Positions 43,570 to 55,860 of a DNA stretch of 64,000 nt are shown here, one piece after another. The translations under genes were made by a program, and so were the position numbers. The notes under the pieces were generated by a model that had not been told where the DNA came from, searched no databases, and was given only the letters and a program-made list of their open reading frames with translations. Origin of the DNA: the human T2T-CHM13v2.0 reference genome, Homo sapiens. The first letter of the stretch is position 1, and every line of letters begins with the position of its first letter. Where the stretch lies: assembly GCF_009914755.1 (NCBI RefSeq), contig NC_060934.1; one strand, written 5' to 3'.

Positions 43570-44135
43570 AACGCAAACGAGTGTATACTGTATGATTCCA
43601 TTTATATACAGTCCATAAATATGCACAACTAATCTATGATAGAAGAAATCAGAATAGTAGTTATCTGGGTAGGGGAGAGGGCTGACTGAAAAGGGTACAG
43701 AAACCTTTTGGAGTGTTGGGAATGTTCCATGTATTGTTTGGGTGACGGCAACATAAGTGTATACATTCTCTTCTGCCTGCATTTGCATTCGTTAGAGAAT
43801 TGGATGGCTCAATCTCTCACCACTTTCAGATCTGTTGAAATGTCATCGTATTGAGGATAAGTTCCATTACCCCCATTTGTGAATAATGCACCTTCTCTTT
43901 TCACCTTGATTTGTAGTCTGTTTTTCTGTATATTTATGGTTTACTATCTGCATGTTCTGCTAGAATGTAAGTTCCTTGAAGTCAGGGGATTTGTTTTACT
44001 TATGGCTAACAATCTCGGTGCCTACAAAAAAGTGCCTGAGAGCCAGGAGAAACTTAAAAATGTGTGTTAAAACTGATCCAACTGTACACTGAAAATCTAT
44101 GTACTTTGCTGTGCATAAATTATTCCTCCATAATA
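43570..44135 (+). mobile_element. L1M (L1MC/ME-like) 3' end, interrupted by a duplicated L2 segment
   Basis: tatactgtatgattccatttata...gtgtatacatt | tgttaaaactgatccaactgtacactgaaa. Confidence 0.7.
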
Positions 44136-44182
44136 GCAAAAGTAGGGAAATGTCAGGACATAACCTGATTTAAGGGTATGGG

Positions 44183-44185
<3 letters not shown>

Positions 44186-44250
<65 letters not shown>

Positions 44251-44264
44251 CTGTGTGTCTGTGT
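44186..44264 (+). repeat. (TG)n microsatellite, interrupted
   Basis: TG run with tt/tc interruptions. Confidence 0.95.
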
Positions 44265-45005
44265 CTACTGGGTCAAGATTACCCAACATGATGGTAAGTA
44301 TTGCTTATGGGTGTGTGTTTATGTGTGTTTTGGAGCACTGCTCTAGAGGGATATAGTCCAGGAACTAAGGGGCCATTTAATTTATTCTGCCTCCCTCTTG
44401 CTTTCTATGGATTGATACTTTGATTTCCTGCTATCAATATTCCTAGTATTTTTTTTCCTGCTTATAAGGTCACTTGAGTTTCTTGGCCATTTTTTTTTTC
44501 TTCAAACAACTCCAATTGATCCTAGCTTCTACAAATGTTCATGATGACATACTATTTTGTGTTTTTGATGGATGTGTAGTAAGACTCAGCTATGGAAAGG
44601 TTGATCATATTTGTTCAATAGGACAATTGACTGCTTCTGAATGCTTTGCTAAAATGGGTGATAGGTTTACAGAAGATCTGTGGTTATCTCCAATAAACAC
44701 TGTATTTTCAAGGCAATTAATACACTGCCTATTCAAAGGGAGATGTTCAGAGGTTGTTCAATTCCTGTATGTAGAACTGGAAGAGGAAACACATGGCAAC
44801 ACTGGTAAGCTGAAGAATCAGGCAAAGCCCTTTATGCTTACGCTTGTTTTCTGGCTAACAGAAGCATCTTAAAAACTGTCTTTGCTGTAAATCATCATAA
44901 AATCTACCATGTTCAAATTTATTTTGCTAGGGGAGTGGACAGTAAGTACACTATTGTGAACAAAATGGAGTTTTACTCTGACAGTTCTGGATATTGCTGA
45001 TTTTC

Positions 45006-45278
45006 TTTTTTTTAAAGTAAATTTTACTGTGTACATTTGAGGTTTACAGTATGTGTTATGGAATACATGTAGGTAGTAAAATAGTTACAACAGTAAAGCA
45101 AATTATGCATCTATCATCTCATATAGTTACTTTTTTGTGATAACAATAGCTAAAATCTACTTGACAAAAAACCCTAAGACAATACAATTTTATTAACTAT
45201 AGTCCATATGTTGTACATTTAGATCTCTAGACTTGTTTATGCCATGTAACTACAACTTTGTATCCTTCGACCTACTAA
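45006..45278 (-). mobile_element. L1MA 3' end
   Basis: T-tail plus L1MA 3'UTR; TSD atattg(c/t)tgattttc at 44991-45005 and 45279-45293. Confidence 0.8.
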
Positions 45279-46048
45279 ATATTGTTGATTTTCAAAGTGA
45301 ATATTCTTTTCGTACAATGAGAATTAAAGATGTTAAAGATGTATCACTCTGGGTAGAAATATTTACTATTTATTCAGGTTTAAAAAAGAGAGTCAAATTG
45401 AATTGGAATGAGCTGTGCTGATTATCCAACTTATAGGACTAAGGACTGCTGACTGGTCAGAGCCTTCCTTTCTTCTGCCTTGAAACATTTCTGGGTATAT
45501 GTCACCTCTAACTTCATATGTTTCCAGGGCAATCTTTTGATCTTCTTTCCCATGAAGTCTAACGTTAACGCTGTGCATAATTTGTATTCTATTTGCTGTG
45601 GAGGATTTATATAACACTGGCCCAGTCTTATTTTCATATGGGGATGCTAGTATATAATCCAGTTGAATCTGAAAGGTTTAAACGTTTTAGTGTACACAAG
45701 AAAGTCATAGAACTATTGGAGGCATATATTGGTAGGAAAAATAGACAAAGTCTGTCTTTTCTGTCTTTCCTGTTAATGTGAGATATGGGATGCTATTGTG
45801 ATAAGAGTGGGTGGGACATAGGTGAGAGTGGCTGATTAGAGAACTGAAAGATTACAGAAAAATCCCTTCATGGAAGGAATAATGAGACACCTCATACCCT
45901 TGAGCTGGACTAAGCCATTATGTTGCCTTTTCCCATGGTGCTGGCAGGCACCATAAGATCAACAGATTTTCATAAGACATTACAAGAAAAACTGGCTTCT
46001 TTTATATTTTTATTTCCCTGAAATCCCAAGGAGTTCATAGTTAAAATT

Positions 46049-46130
46049 AGAAGTCTATACAAGAAATATACCTATATGGAAGTCTATATGAGACATATAC
46101 CTGTATAGAAGTCTGTACAGGAAATATACC
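46049..46130 (+). repeat. 29-bp tandem repeat, ~2.8 copies
   Basis: agaagtctatacaagaaatatacctatat / ggaagtctatatgagacatatacctgtat / agaagtctgtacaggaaatatacc. Confidence 0.85.
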
Positions 46131-49100
46131 CCACTCACAGAGGTCTGAGGTCTATTATTTTTAACCCAATTCTCAATGTGCACATTTTGTTTCCTTTGCT
46201 TATATCACCTCAAAGTGGAGGTACAAAAACAATAACAGCACACCCCACCCCAAATTAATTAAAATAGCTAAGCAATTGTCTTCTAGTTATTTAAATTTTA
46301 GCAAATGATTTTCTTTCTCTGTAGAAGTGTTAGCACAGAAACACCAAGGCTTTGAAAACTAATAAGAACACATTAAGACTTTCAACTTACACCAAAGGAA
46401 TATCAAATTGCAGAAGAAGGTAGCATCAAGTCTTATGGCAGTGTCTATAATAAGGAGGTGTATACCATTGATGAAACAGACTGACCTATTTGAATTCTTG
46501 GTTGCAAGCAAGAGAAGACAACTTTGGTTGTCTAAGCAATAAAATTGCTGAGATACTATAGAATGTTGGGAGCCTGAAAGGCCAAGCTTTAAAAAGAGGT
46601 AGAATAAAGAAATAATACAGTTCTGGATGAATACTCTGGCCTGAAAATGATGCATAACATGCTAGATGCATTGGACATAACCACTGCAAAACCTGCTAGA
46701 CATTGCCTCTACTTCTAGATACTTCCTTCGGGCATGTACCTAACTGCCACTATCAATCACCAACCCCCTCATTCCAGATTTGAATTACTGGGGAGGAAGA
46801 TGACTATTTACTCTTAGTTCATGAGCTTAGATTCTAGCTGCAAGGGAAGAGGAAGTGATTGTCCACATTTCACTTTTACACTGAGATGTAGAATAATATG
46901 CTCTATCTCCCACTCCCTTTCCCTAAATTAGGCACATGGGAAAATTATTCCTCAAAGAAAAACAGAGTTTATTATTATGCAGGAAGAAAATAAAGATAAA
47001 TTACCAGTACAATGTGTCTAGTAACTGGGAATTTTTAAGTAGAAGTATGAGCAAATACTGTGTATAGTGTCATATTGAGAAAGAAGCTACAAGCCCCTGA
47101 TCTAATTCTAGGTTTCTATGAGATATGCGAACTTTGATGCCTTTCCAGTATAATTGCTAAGTTATAAGAGAGAAAGTTGGGTGGGTGTGTGTTCTCTATT
47201 AGGATGCCTCATGCTGCTTTGTATAATAACTGCTTGAATACAGTCCCACCCCCACCCATTAAGATCTGGTTCTTAATTACAGCACTGTAGGTTTGGCATC
47301 TAACCACTAGAGGTCATTCTTTTACATGTGTCATTCAAAATCATGTTAGAGGAGAGACCTGATTATGAGGCAACCTTAGAAGTTTGTTTTCTTTCCAGAA
47401 GTTTTAACTATTGCTACACATTGTACTGGGTGTACCTGTGGTTCCCGGGGCTAGGTACAGAATTAATTGTTATGGGATTTGTGCTGCTGTTGAAAAATAA
47501 ATAAAGGGCTGGTGAGCAAAACTGGCAATCATTTCTACATTCTGTGTAACTTAATTTTCAGCACAGAATTCCTTTCACTTTAAGACCCTTCCGCTGCTCT
47601 GTCCAATGTGCATGCGTGCACATGCGCACACACACATATACACACAGGGCATTTCAAAAGTCAAGTGAGGTCCAGGCTAGTTACAATGTTATGGTTACAT
47701 TAAAACACGGGGAAATAAAGACAGAATGAAGACTACAATGTATTAGACTTAAAACTAATCATATAAAGTATCCCACAAGTTAACATGAAAATGAAATGAT
47801 TCTGCATGTAATCCCCTTTGGACATGGTGGTAAATAATGTCTACATTTAAGTCTCTTTGTCCAAATAGGGTCAGACACTTGTGGCTCAGCAGCATAGCCC
47901 AGCTGCCTAGAATGGGTGGGCCTGTGTGCTTGCACCCTGGTACCTATGTGTACCACCTGCACACATCCGCTCTAGTGCACCAGACTTCATCTCAAGCCTT
48001 GAAGGAACTGGCATTTGGCCAACTCCTTTGTAAGGATAAATAAGAGTTAATATAGTCTTCATTTTATAGTGAAAGTTACTTTCTGCCCTTGATAAACATG
48101 ATCAACAAACATAGTGATTCTATAGCCAGTGGAGTCAGTTAAATACATCGTGGGAGGGAAGAAGCTTCATCTGGTACTATCAAACTCCCTGAATTCCATT
48201 TCAGCTTCTCCACATGCCCATTTTTTTTTTTTGAGTCAGTTCACAAGTTTAATTGTGGAATGCTTCACTTGGTTTGATCATGGGGGGAGAATCTATCTGA
48301 AGAGTAAAAGGTCCTGATGTTGACAATCTGGGCCACAGACCATCAGCATCTTGTGTCTGAAGAATAAAGCCCCAATCTGATCTCTTGCATTCATTGGGAC
48401 GGCCATGCTGCACTGCTGTTGTAATTCTTCCCTTGATCTTTTCCATGACACTCAGCATTTAATCCTCTATTCTTCCTTTTCTTTCCTTTCAACATTCTTA
48501 TTCTTCCCCATCCATTAGTCTTTCTGCTGAGAGAGAAGAGCTTCACAGTCCCTCCCCTATCTCCATCTTATCATGGTATTGTCGGGGACAAAGACAGAGT
48601 GGTTAACGCCCAGCAACATTTAAGAGCACAAGGAGAGACTCTTCTGAGCATTTAAATAGGCTCAATTTTCCCAGAACTGCAGAGAAAAGAAATAAAAGAT
48701 AGTACACAGAGTTCCTGCCTTTTTCTTATTGCTGCCATGGGGATAAAGATCAAAGTCTTTATCTGTGATTATCCATCAGACAAATGCAATAAAATGTCCA
48801 ATTTGCAGTCAAGGCTAACTCTGTACTGTCTTTCAAAACAAATTCATCTCCTAATCTTCTTGAAAATCTTCCCCCCAAAGCCCATGGGACCTGTGAGAAA
48901 GCATCCCTGCCACCAGCAGCTCCGGAATCTATAGATTGTTATTAAATAATGGGTTCCCTCAGGGCAAGGACCTGCCCCTGCCCTAGGCATGCACAGAAAC
49001 TTAATAAATGGATCAGGAGCATAGGCATTTATGGAATCCACAGGGTGTGCTGGCATGGACTGTTGTGGAAAGAAGGTCTCGACAGCCAACCAACATGCTA

Positions 49101-49168
49101 TGCTCCCTTTAGGATCTTGCTCTAAAGTTGGGGCTCAGGGATAGGGTGGGTCATAGACATATAAATCA

Positions 49169-49549
<381 letters not shown>

Positions 49550-49797
49550 TTATTCAGCTTGGATCCAAGGGCCATAACCTCCCTTCCTTTACAGCGTGCA
49601 GTGCAAATGGTTTCACTTATGTGAACAGCCTTCGGAGTAAACATGGGAAATTGCTTGGTGCCCACAGAAGATGATGGGCTACAGGGTAAAGAAGAAAAGA
49701 CAATGTTCCCCAACATCGTGTGTTAATAAGAAGTAAAAGGTTTGCTGTATATCTGAGAAGGCACAGGAAAAGGAAAGGTTAGAGGCTGTTTTTTTTG

Positions 49798-50217
49798 CCA
49801 CATCCTCTCCAGCACCTGTTGAGGCACATATACACCATGGAATACTATGCAGCCATAAAAAAGGATGAGTTCATGTCCTTTGTAGGGACATGGATGAAGC
49901 TGGAAACCATCATTCTCGGCAAACTATCACAAGGACAAAAAACCAAACACCACATGTTCTCACTCATAGGTGGGAATTGAACAATGAGAACACTTGGACA
50001 CAGGAAGGGGAACACCACACCGGGGCCTGTTGTGGGGTTGCGGGAGGGGGGAGGGATAGCATTAGGAGATATACCTAATGTAAATGACGAGTTAATGGGT
50101 GCAGCACACCAACATGGCACATGTATACATATGTAACAAACCTGCACGTTGTGCACATGTACCCTAGAACTTAAAGTATAATAATAAATAAAAGTGATAG
50201 CAAATAAAAAAATAAAA
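49798..50217 (+). mobile_element. 5'-inverted, truncated L1PA (L1PA5-like)
   Basis: A 24-nt antisense L1 piece, then sense ORF2 end, 3'UTR (aatgtaaatgacgagttaatggg) and tail. Confidence 0.9.
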
Positions 50218-50869
50218 TTTTTTTTTTCAACAGGAATCTTTATTTTCTCTTTATTTACAGTACTCCCTTCAATCCTTTTACATGTCTCTCCTCATTGATT
50301 GTAGTGTGTGGGAGCTCCTTGTGTGATGATTGAGCCTGGAGAGAACCTGACATCTGTGAAGCTTTATTAGAGTGGCAGGCAGAGAGAGCCACTATCTGAT
50401 ACCAAGACAATGGGGTCATCTTCCTCCTGGTCCCCTTGTTCTTTTTTTTCCTCTTGGGTTCTTGGGTATCCTACTCTTAGAAAGAGATAGTTTGCCTTAC
50501 TCCATGTGATAAGCAAATCCAACAGAGTTTGCTTCTGGGGATCCAGGAGGTCATTGCTGTCTTAGTTCCAAATTCTCTGCCTGCCATTCTTGGCTTAAGT
50601 CTGGGCTTACTCAAGTTTAGATTAAGGAGGCAAGTGGGAGGACTTGCTGAGTTCTCTGGCCAGCTTTGCCAGGAAGTTAATCCCCATTAGACTCTTCCTT
50701 TCTTTTCCCAAGTGGTCACAACACAGCAGGGAGCAGTGGGTGATTTAACTGTGTTTCCACCTCAATGAATCTCTATTGAGATCATAACATGCTTATGCCT
50801 GGGACAAAGGCCCAAAGGAAAATTCTTGTCTAGGTTTCATCATTTTCCAAATAAAGAGAGTGAAGTCGA

Positions 50870-51255
50870 TCAATTTTTATTGTAGTAGATTTTGTTATAT
50901 ATATAACAAAATCTCTCATTTAAACTATTTTAAGTGTACAGTTCAGTGACATTACATGCATTCACAATGTTGTGCAACTATCACCGCCATCCATCCTCAG
51001 AATGTGTTTATCTTCTGAAACTCTGACCCATTACACAAGCACTCTCCATTTCCTCCTTCCCTCAGCCCTTGGTGGTCACCGTTCTATTTTCTGTCTCTAT
51101 GAATTTGGCTACTCTAGGTACCATATAAGTGGAATTAAACATTATTTATTCTTTCGTGACTGACTTATTTCGCTTACTGTAATGGCTTGAAGTTTCTCCC
51201 ATGTTGTAGCATGTGTCAGAATTTCCTTCCTTTTCAAGGCTGAATAATATATACT
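50870..51255 (-). mobile_element. L1MB-like 3' fragment
   Basis: ttaagtgtacagttcagtgacatt...ttcacaatgttgtgcaact...aggctgaataata. Confidence 0.8.
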
Positions 51256-51422
51256 GATATATATACATATGTATGTATGTATTCATATATCAGTATATAT
51301 GCAATATATGTATGTATTTATATATCAGTATATATACACACACATACATGTATGTATATGCACACACATACATGTATGTATGTATATACACACACATAAT
51401 ATATAAACACACACATACATAC
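51246..51422. repeat. (TA/TG/CA)n low-complexity tract
   Basis: Mixed dinucleotide repeats. Confidence 0.9.
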
Positions 51423-52396
51423 CAACTTATATCAACTCATGCATCAAGGAAAGTGAATGTCAGTCTTTAATGCTAACATTTCCTATTTGTCTGGAGTTCT
51501 GTTTATGCCTTTTGTCTCAGCATCATTGTTAACAGCATCACCTCCCACTCTTAAAGTGTTACATTTTGGACAATATATTATATGACAATCCCTTGAAGAC
51601 AACTCTTCTAGGACCCCTATTCTTTGTAACTGACCTCATGTCCAGTGAAAGCTTAAAGTTTTTCTTCAAACATTCTTATTCACTAAACCTTGCACCAACT
51701 AAGCATACATCATTTAAGTGCAAGCAGGGCATGTCAGTGGTGATATTTTCCTGAATGAAGGAAGCAGAGATGATCTTCAGGCAGCTGGATGAATATCTTA
51801 TAGATATTGCAGTTTATGAAAAAAGACTTCTTTAGGCCTGGTCAAATAGGAGAGCATACCTCACAAGTTTTAGAAGTTGCCAGAAAAGGTACCTGTCAGA
51901 AGTGCCTCTAATAGCTGGGAGAAAAGAATGGCAAACTATACAGGGAATGTGCACATGTCTTTCTTCCATGCTATTCTGAAACATCTCCTAAAAGCTGTTA
52001 AGGGAAAACGGGTGTCATTTTTGATTCACAGGGACTTTCCCAAATATAATTTGCATCTTTTGTTCACTCCATAAATAAGGGAGGCCATCTGATCATATAG
52101 CTGCAGGAAGGTTATTTCAGTGTAACAGATGAGACATGATATATGAGACGTCTAATAGCTGGAGAGACCCAGCATGAGCTGCTGGGATCTTCAGGTTGAA
52201 GACCCAGGTTAGAGTCCTCACTGCCACTGGGCATCCTCCCTAAGATTAAAGCTCTGTGTGAAAGGAGAGCTTGTCTAGATTGTTTGCTGCTGTTACCATC
52301 TTCACATAAGCAGTGACTTGTCCACGGTAGATGCTCTAATAAATATCAGCGTAATGAATGAGTGAATAACCAACTTTGGGTTCACCACTTAGTTAT

Positions 52397-52845
52397 TCAA
52401 AAATCCAGTTGCTTCATCTGTAAAATAAAACCCAGAGAATGAGGCACTGTCACCTTCTTTGCCATTATTTTAGGATTACATAATCCTATTATATATTATA
52501 TATATTTTGTAAATAAAATATATAATTTATATAATGTATAAGATATAAAATAATATATATTCTAGGATTAAATAATCCTATTATGTATATACATATAATC
52601 TTATATGTGTATTATATAATCCTATTATGTATATACATATATAATATATATTATATATAATATAGTATATATAATCCTATATATATATTATATAATCCTA
52701 TTATATATGTATTTACATATAATCCTGTATAATTCTATTATATATAATAATAATCCCATTATATAATCTTAAAATAATAACAGAGAAGTTGACATTGCTC
52801 CATTATCTGGGTTTCATTTTACAGATGAACCAACTGGATTTTTGA
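52397..52845. repeat. Inverted repeat (88-bp arms) flanking an AT-rich spacer
   Basis: 52397-52484 is the reverse complement of 52758-52845 (76/88 identical, ungapped). Confidence 0.93.
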
Positions 52846-53109
52846 GTTTGTCTTCATACGAAGTGTCATTTGACCTTTCCCTATGAGAAGTCTGGAGCAA
52901 GGTGAATTGAGACAAGAACTTTCTATATCTTCAATAAAGTTTTATAATTTAAAAAATGCTGGGTAAAAAAATTATCATAATCTAACCATTGTTAAATTTT
53001 AATGACTTCTGCTGGATTGTTTCCTCTTATCATTTTAGAACAAAACCACAATTACAGCAACAATCTGTAATACACTTAATTTAAAGAGTCCAATATTTTT
53101 ACAAATTCT

Positions 53110-53524
53110 GGCAGGACTGCTAACCATTCACCAAAATTTGTGTCCTCCTATTTTTCCTAGATACACAGCTAGGCTACATTTCCCAGCCTCTGTGGCTGTT
53201 AGGAGCAACCCTATGACCGAGTTCTGTCAAGGCAACTGGAGCAGATGTGGTGTGACTTTCTCAGCCCCACCCTTGACAATTCCCCATGCTCTTTGTTCAC
53301 CTGACAGACTTGGACAGTGATAAACACAGTGACCCCAGATATGAAGTTGAAGGCAGAGTTTCTTCTTCCTTGTTGAGCACATGAAAGACAGCCATATCCA
53401 CGTAGAGAAACAATCACCTTGGGCTGTTAAATGAGTGAGAAATAAACTTGCATTGTGTTTGAGTCCATGATAAACATGGGGGTTTGTTTGTTATAGCAAT
53501 TAGTGTTACCCTGACAATAATACA
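53110..53524 (+). mobile_element. MLT1 (MLT1I/J-like) LTR
   Basis: ctacatttcccagcctctg...tgagtgagaaataaactt...ttgttatagca...aataca. Confidence 0.7.
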
Positions 53525-53539
53525 CAATCTTACAGCTGT

Positions 53540-55860
53540 AGTACTCTCTTGCCACCTCCATTATCTGCTTCCCAGAGGCAAATATTTTCCCTGTAAATTG
53601 CTTACTTTGGTATTTACATCAAAAATCTCTAAATAACAAGCCTACATTACTAGTTCTATTTTTTTTTCAGTTTAAAACATTCTCTCTTGACTTCTCCATA
53701 TGGAAGATGAGAATATAGCTTTCTTTTACAACCATCCTACCTTACATAATGATACTATATGATTGTTCAGGTCAATATATTTATTATTTAATTCATTTTT
53801 ACTCTCTTAAGATTGTTCATAGCTGAGACATGTGGTATATAACATAGTTAGTTTTCCTTCCCTGTACAAGAGTTTGTTCTATCTGGAATTGATAATTTAC
53901 TTAATCTTCCTCCTCATCCTCTTCATTCTTCTCTCTCTTCTTACTTTCCTAGTTTTCTAAGTATTTATCATGAGCCCAGCTCCCAAATCTTCACCAGCTG
54001 GGTAAATCTTCTCTCAATACCATCAAACTAAATTTTTTATCCATTTCATCTTTTTTTTTTTTTTTAAATCTCCCTTTCAACCACCTCTAATCTGGAAAGT
54101 AGCTCTCTAACCCTGCTGAATAACTGCTATTGTGCAAACTCTTTTAATATCATCATAAGGATATTCCTGCCTGTCTCTTTTGCTGACTCCCCTATTTCTC
54201 ATATCCTGTTTTGTCTTCTTTCTTGGTTTTCTCCCTCATATTGATACGACTCACTTTCCAATAGCTTCCTGAGATAGAATGCATACACAAGCATTTTTTT
54301 TTTTTTTTGGTGTAACTGAAAATATCTTGACAATCTGGCATACCTAAAACATACAATTCTGTGTTGAAAAATATTTCCTCAGAGTTGCGAAGATATTTCT
54401 CTCTAGTGTTCCAGCTTCTGGAGTTGCTATTATGCAGAGAAATCCTAAGCAACTATGATTTCTAATTTTTCATGTGAATTTTTTCTTTTTACCTGGAAGC
54501 TTCTAGAACTTTCTTTTTATCAACCATGTCTTTAAATTTGCAGTAATGCACTTTGGTGTTGCTTTTATCCAACATACTGGCCACCTAATGGACCCAGTCC
54601 GTATAATCAAGTCCTCTAGTTCTGAAAAGAAGATTGAATTATATCTTTGATGGTACCATCCACCCCCATTTTCTCCTTTCTCTTTATTCTGGGCCATTCA
54701 TTATTCAAACAGTGCATCTCCTGAATTGGTCCTTTAATTTTTCAAGGTTTTTTTTTCTTTTTTTTTTTTAATCTTCTTTTCTTCATCACGTATCCTTCGT
54801 TCTTTCTCTGAAAGATTTCTTTAACTTTGTTATAAATGTTTTATTATTTTAACTTATTTTTCTATCACCAAGAACTCATTTATATTCCTTGCATATTCTT
54901 TAATGTGGCACTCTGTTCTTTTCTTGTGGATGCTATGTAATTATATTTCTAAGAATATTAATGATAGAAACTGTTCAGCTTATAAACTAAAGATACTACA
55001 GTTGAGAAGTTCTGTGTTTGTTTTCTGTCTTTGTTTTCCATATCCAATGCCTGCTTCTAATGTCTAGTCATCCCTGTTTTTGCTTATATTAAAGAGTGAG
55101 AAACAAAGTGTTGATTAGAAACTCTATGCATTCAGTTGGAATTTTGGGTGATGGTCGTATCTCTAACATTATCTGGATGGGCTGTTTCTTTGGGGAATCA
55201 TTAATGTCAGCAGTTTTAGGTCTTTTAGGTTCAGTTGGTCAGATAATCTTAGAGGAGAACTGCTTCTAACTCCTACTGGAAGTGTACAAGCTGGCTGCCA
55301 GCTTTTTGGGAGACATGTAGGAGAAGACTAGAATAGGAGAATTCAATATTCCCTGTGAAACTTACATTTAACTCTCTCTCTATATATTTATTTTTTAGAT
55401 ATGGATTTCTCCCATTAAATATTTCTGGAATCCCCAGTATAGACTCTATTTCACTCTCCTCAGAGAATAAACTCTTAGTCATCAATCCAGGTTGAGGAGG
55501 GTCAGCATGTGACTGTGTAGAGTCAGGGAGCATATCTGGGAGTCTTGTCCCTCCTCAGAAAGATCTTCAAACAACCTGCTTAGGCCCATGTTAAACCCAC
55601 TTCCAAGATACCTGTTTTTCTCAAATCCTACACCTTTTAGGGATTCACCTTCATACATGAGGTTTCTTCCTGGCCTTCTTACTTCAAGCACAGAATTAAA
55701 TTTTGTGGTCATGCTAAGTCAGTTTTCACTTTTCCATTTGCTTTTAGCTTCCAAAATCTTGTTTATGTCTCACCTCCCATTATTTCATTCCTTTGTGTTT
55801 TATGCCTTACACATTTTTGTCATTTTTGTGGGGCTTGAGGAATGTACTACATCTATATCT
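53540..55860 (-). mobile_element. Old L1ME-type remnants
   Basis: Long T-rich degenerate L1M-like sequence. Confidence 0.45.

Noticed and set aside
44474-44872. 132-aa ORF in apparently unique sequence
   Set aside because: Non-ATG start, no recognisable domain or splice structure, and a length compatible with chance.
46049-46130. 29-bp repeats superficially of CRISPR repeat length
   Set aside because: Head-to-tail with no spacers, in human DNA: an ordinary minisatellite.
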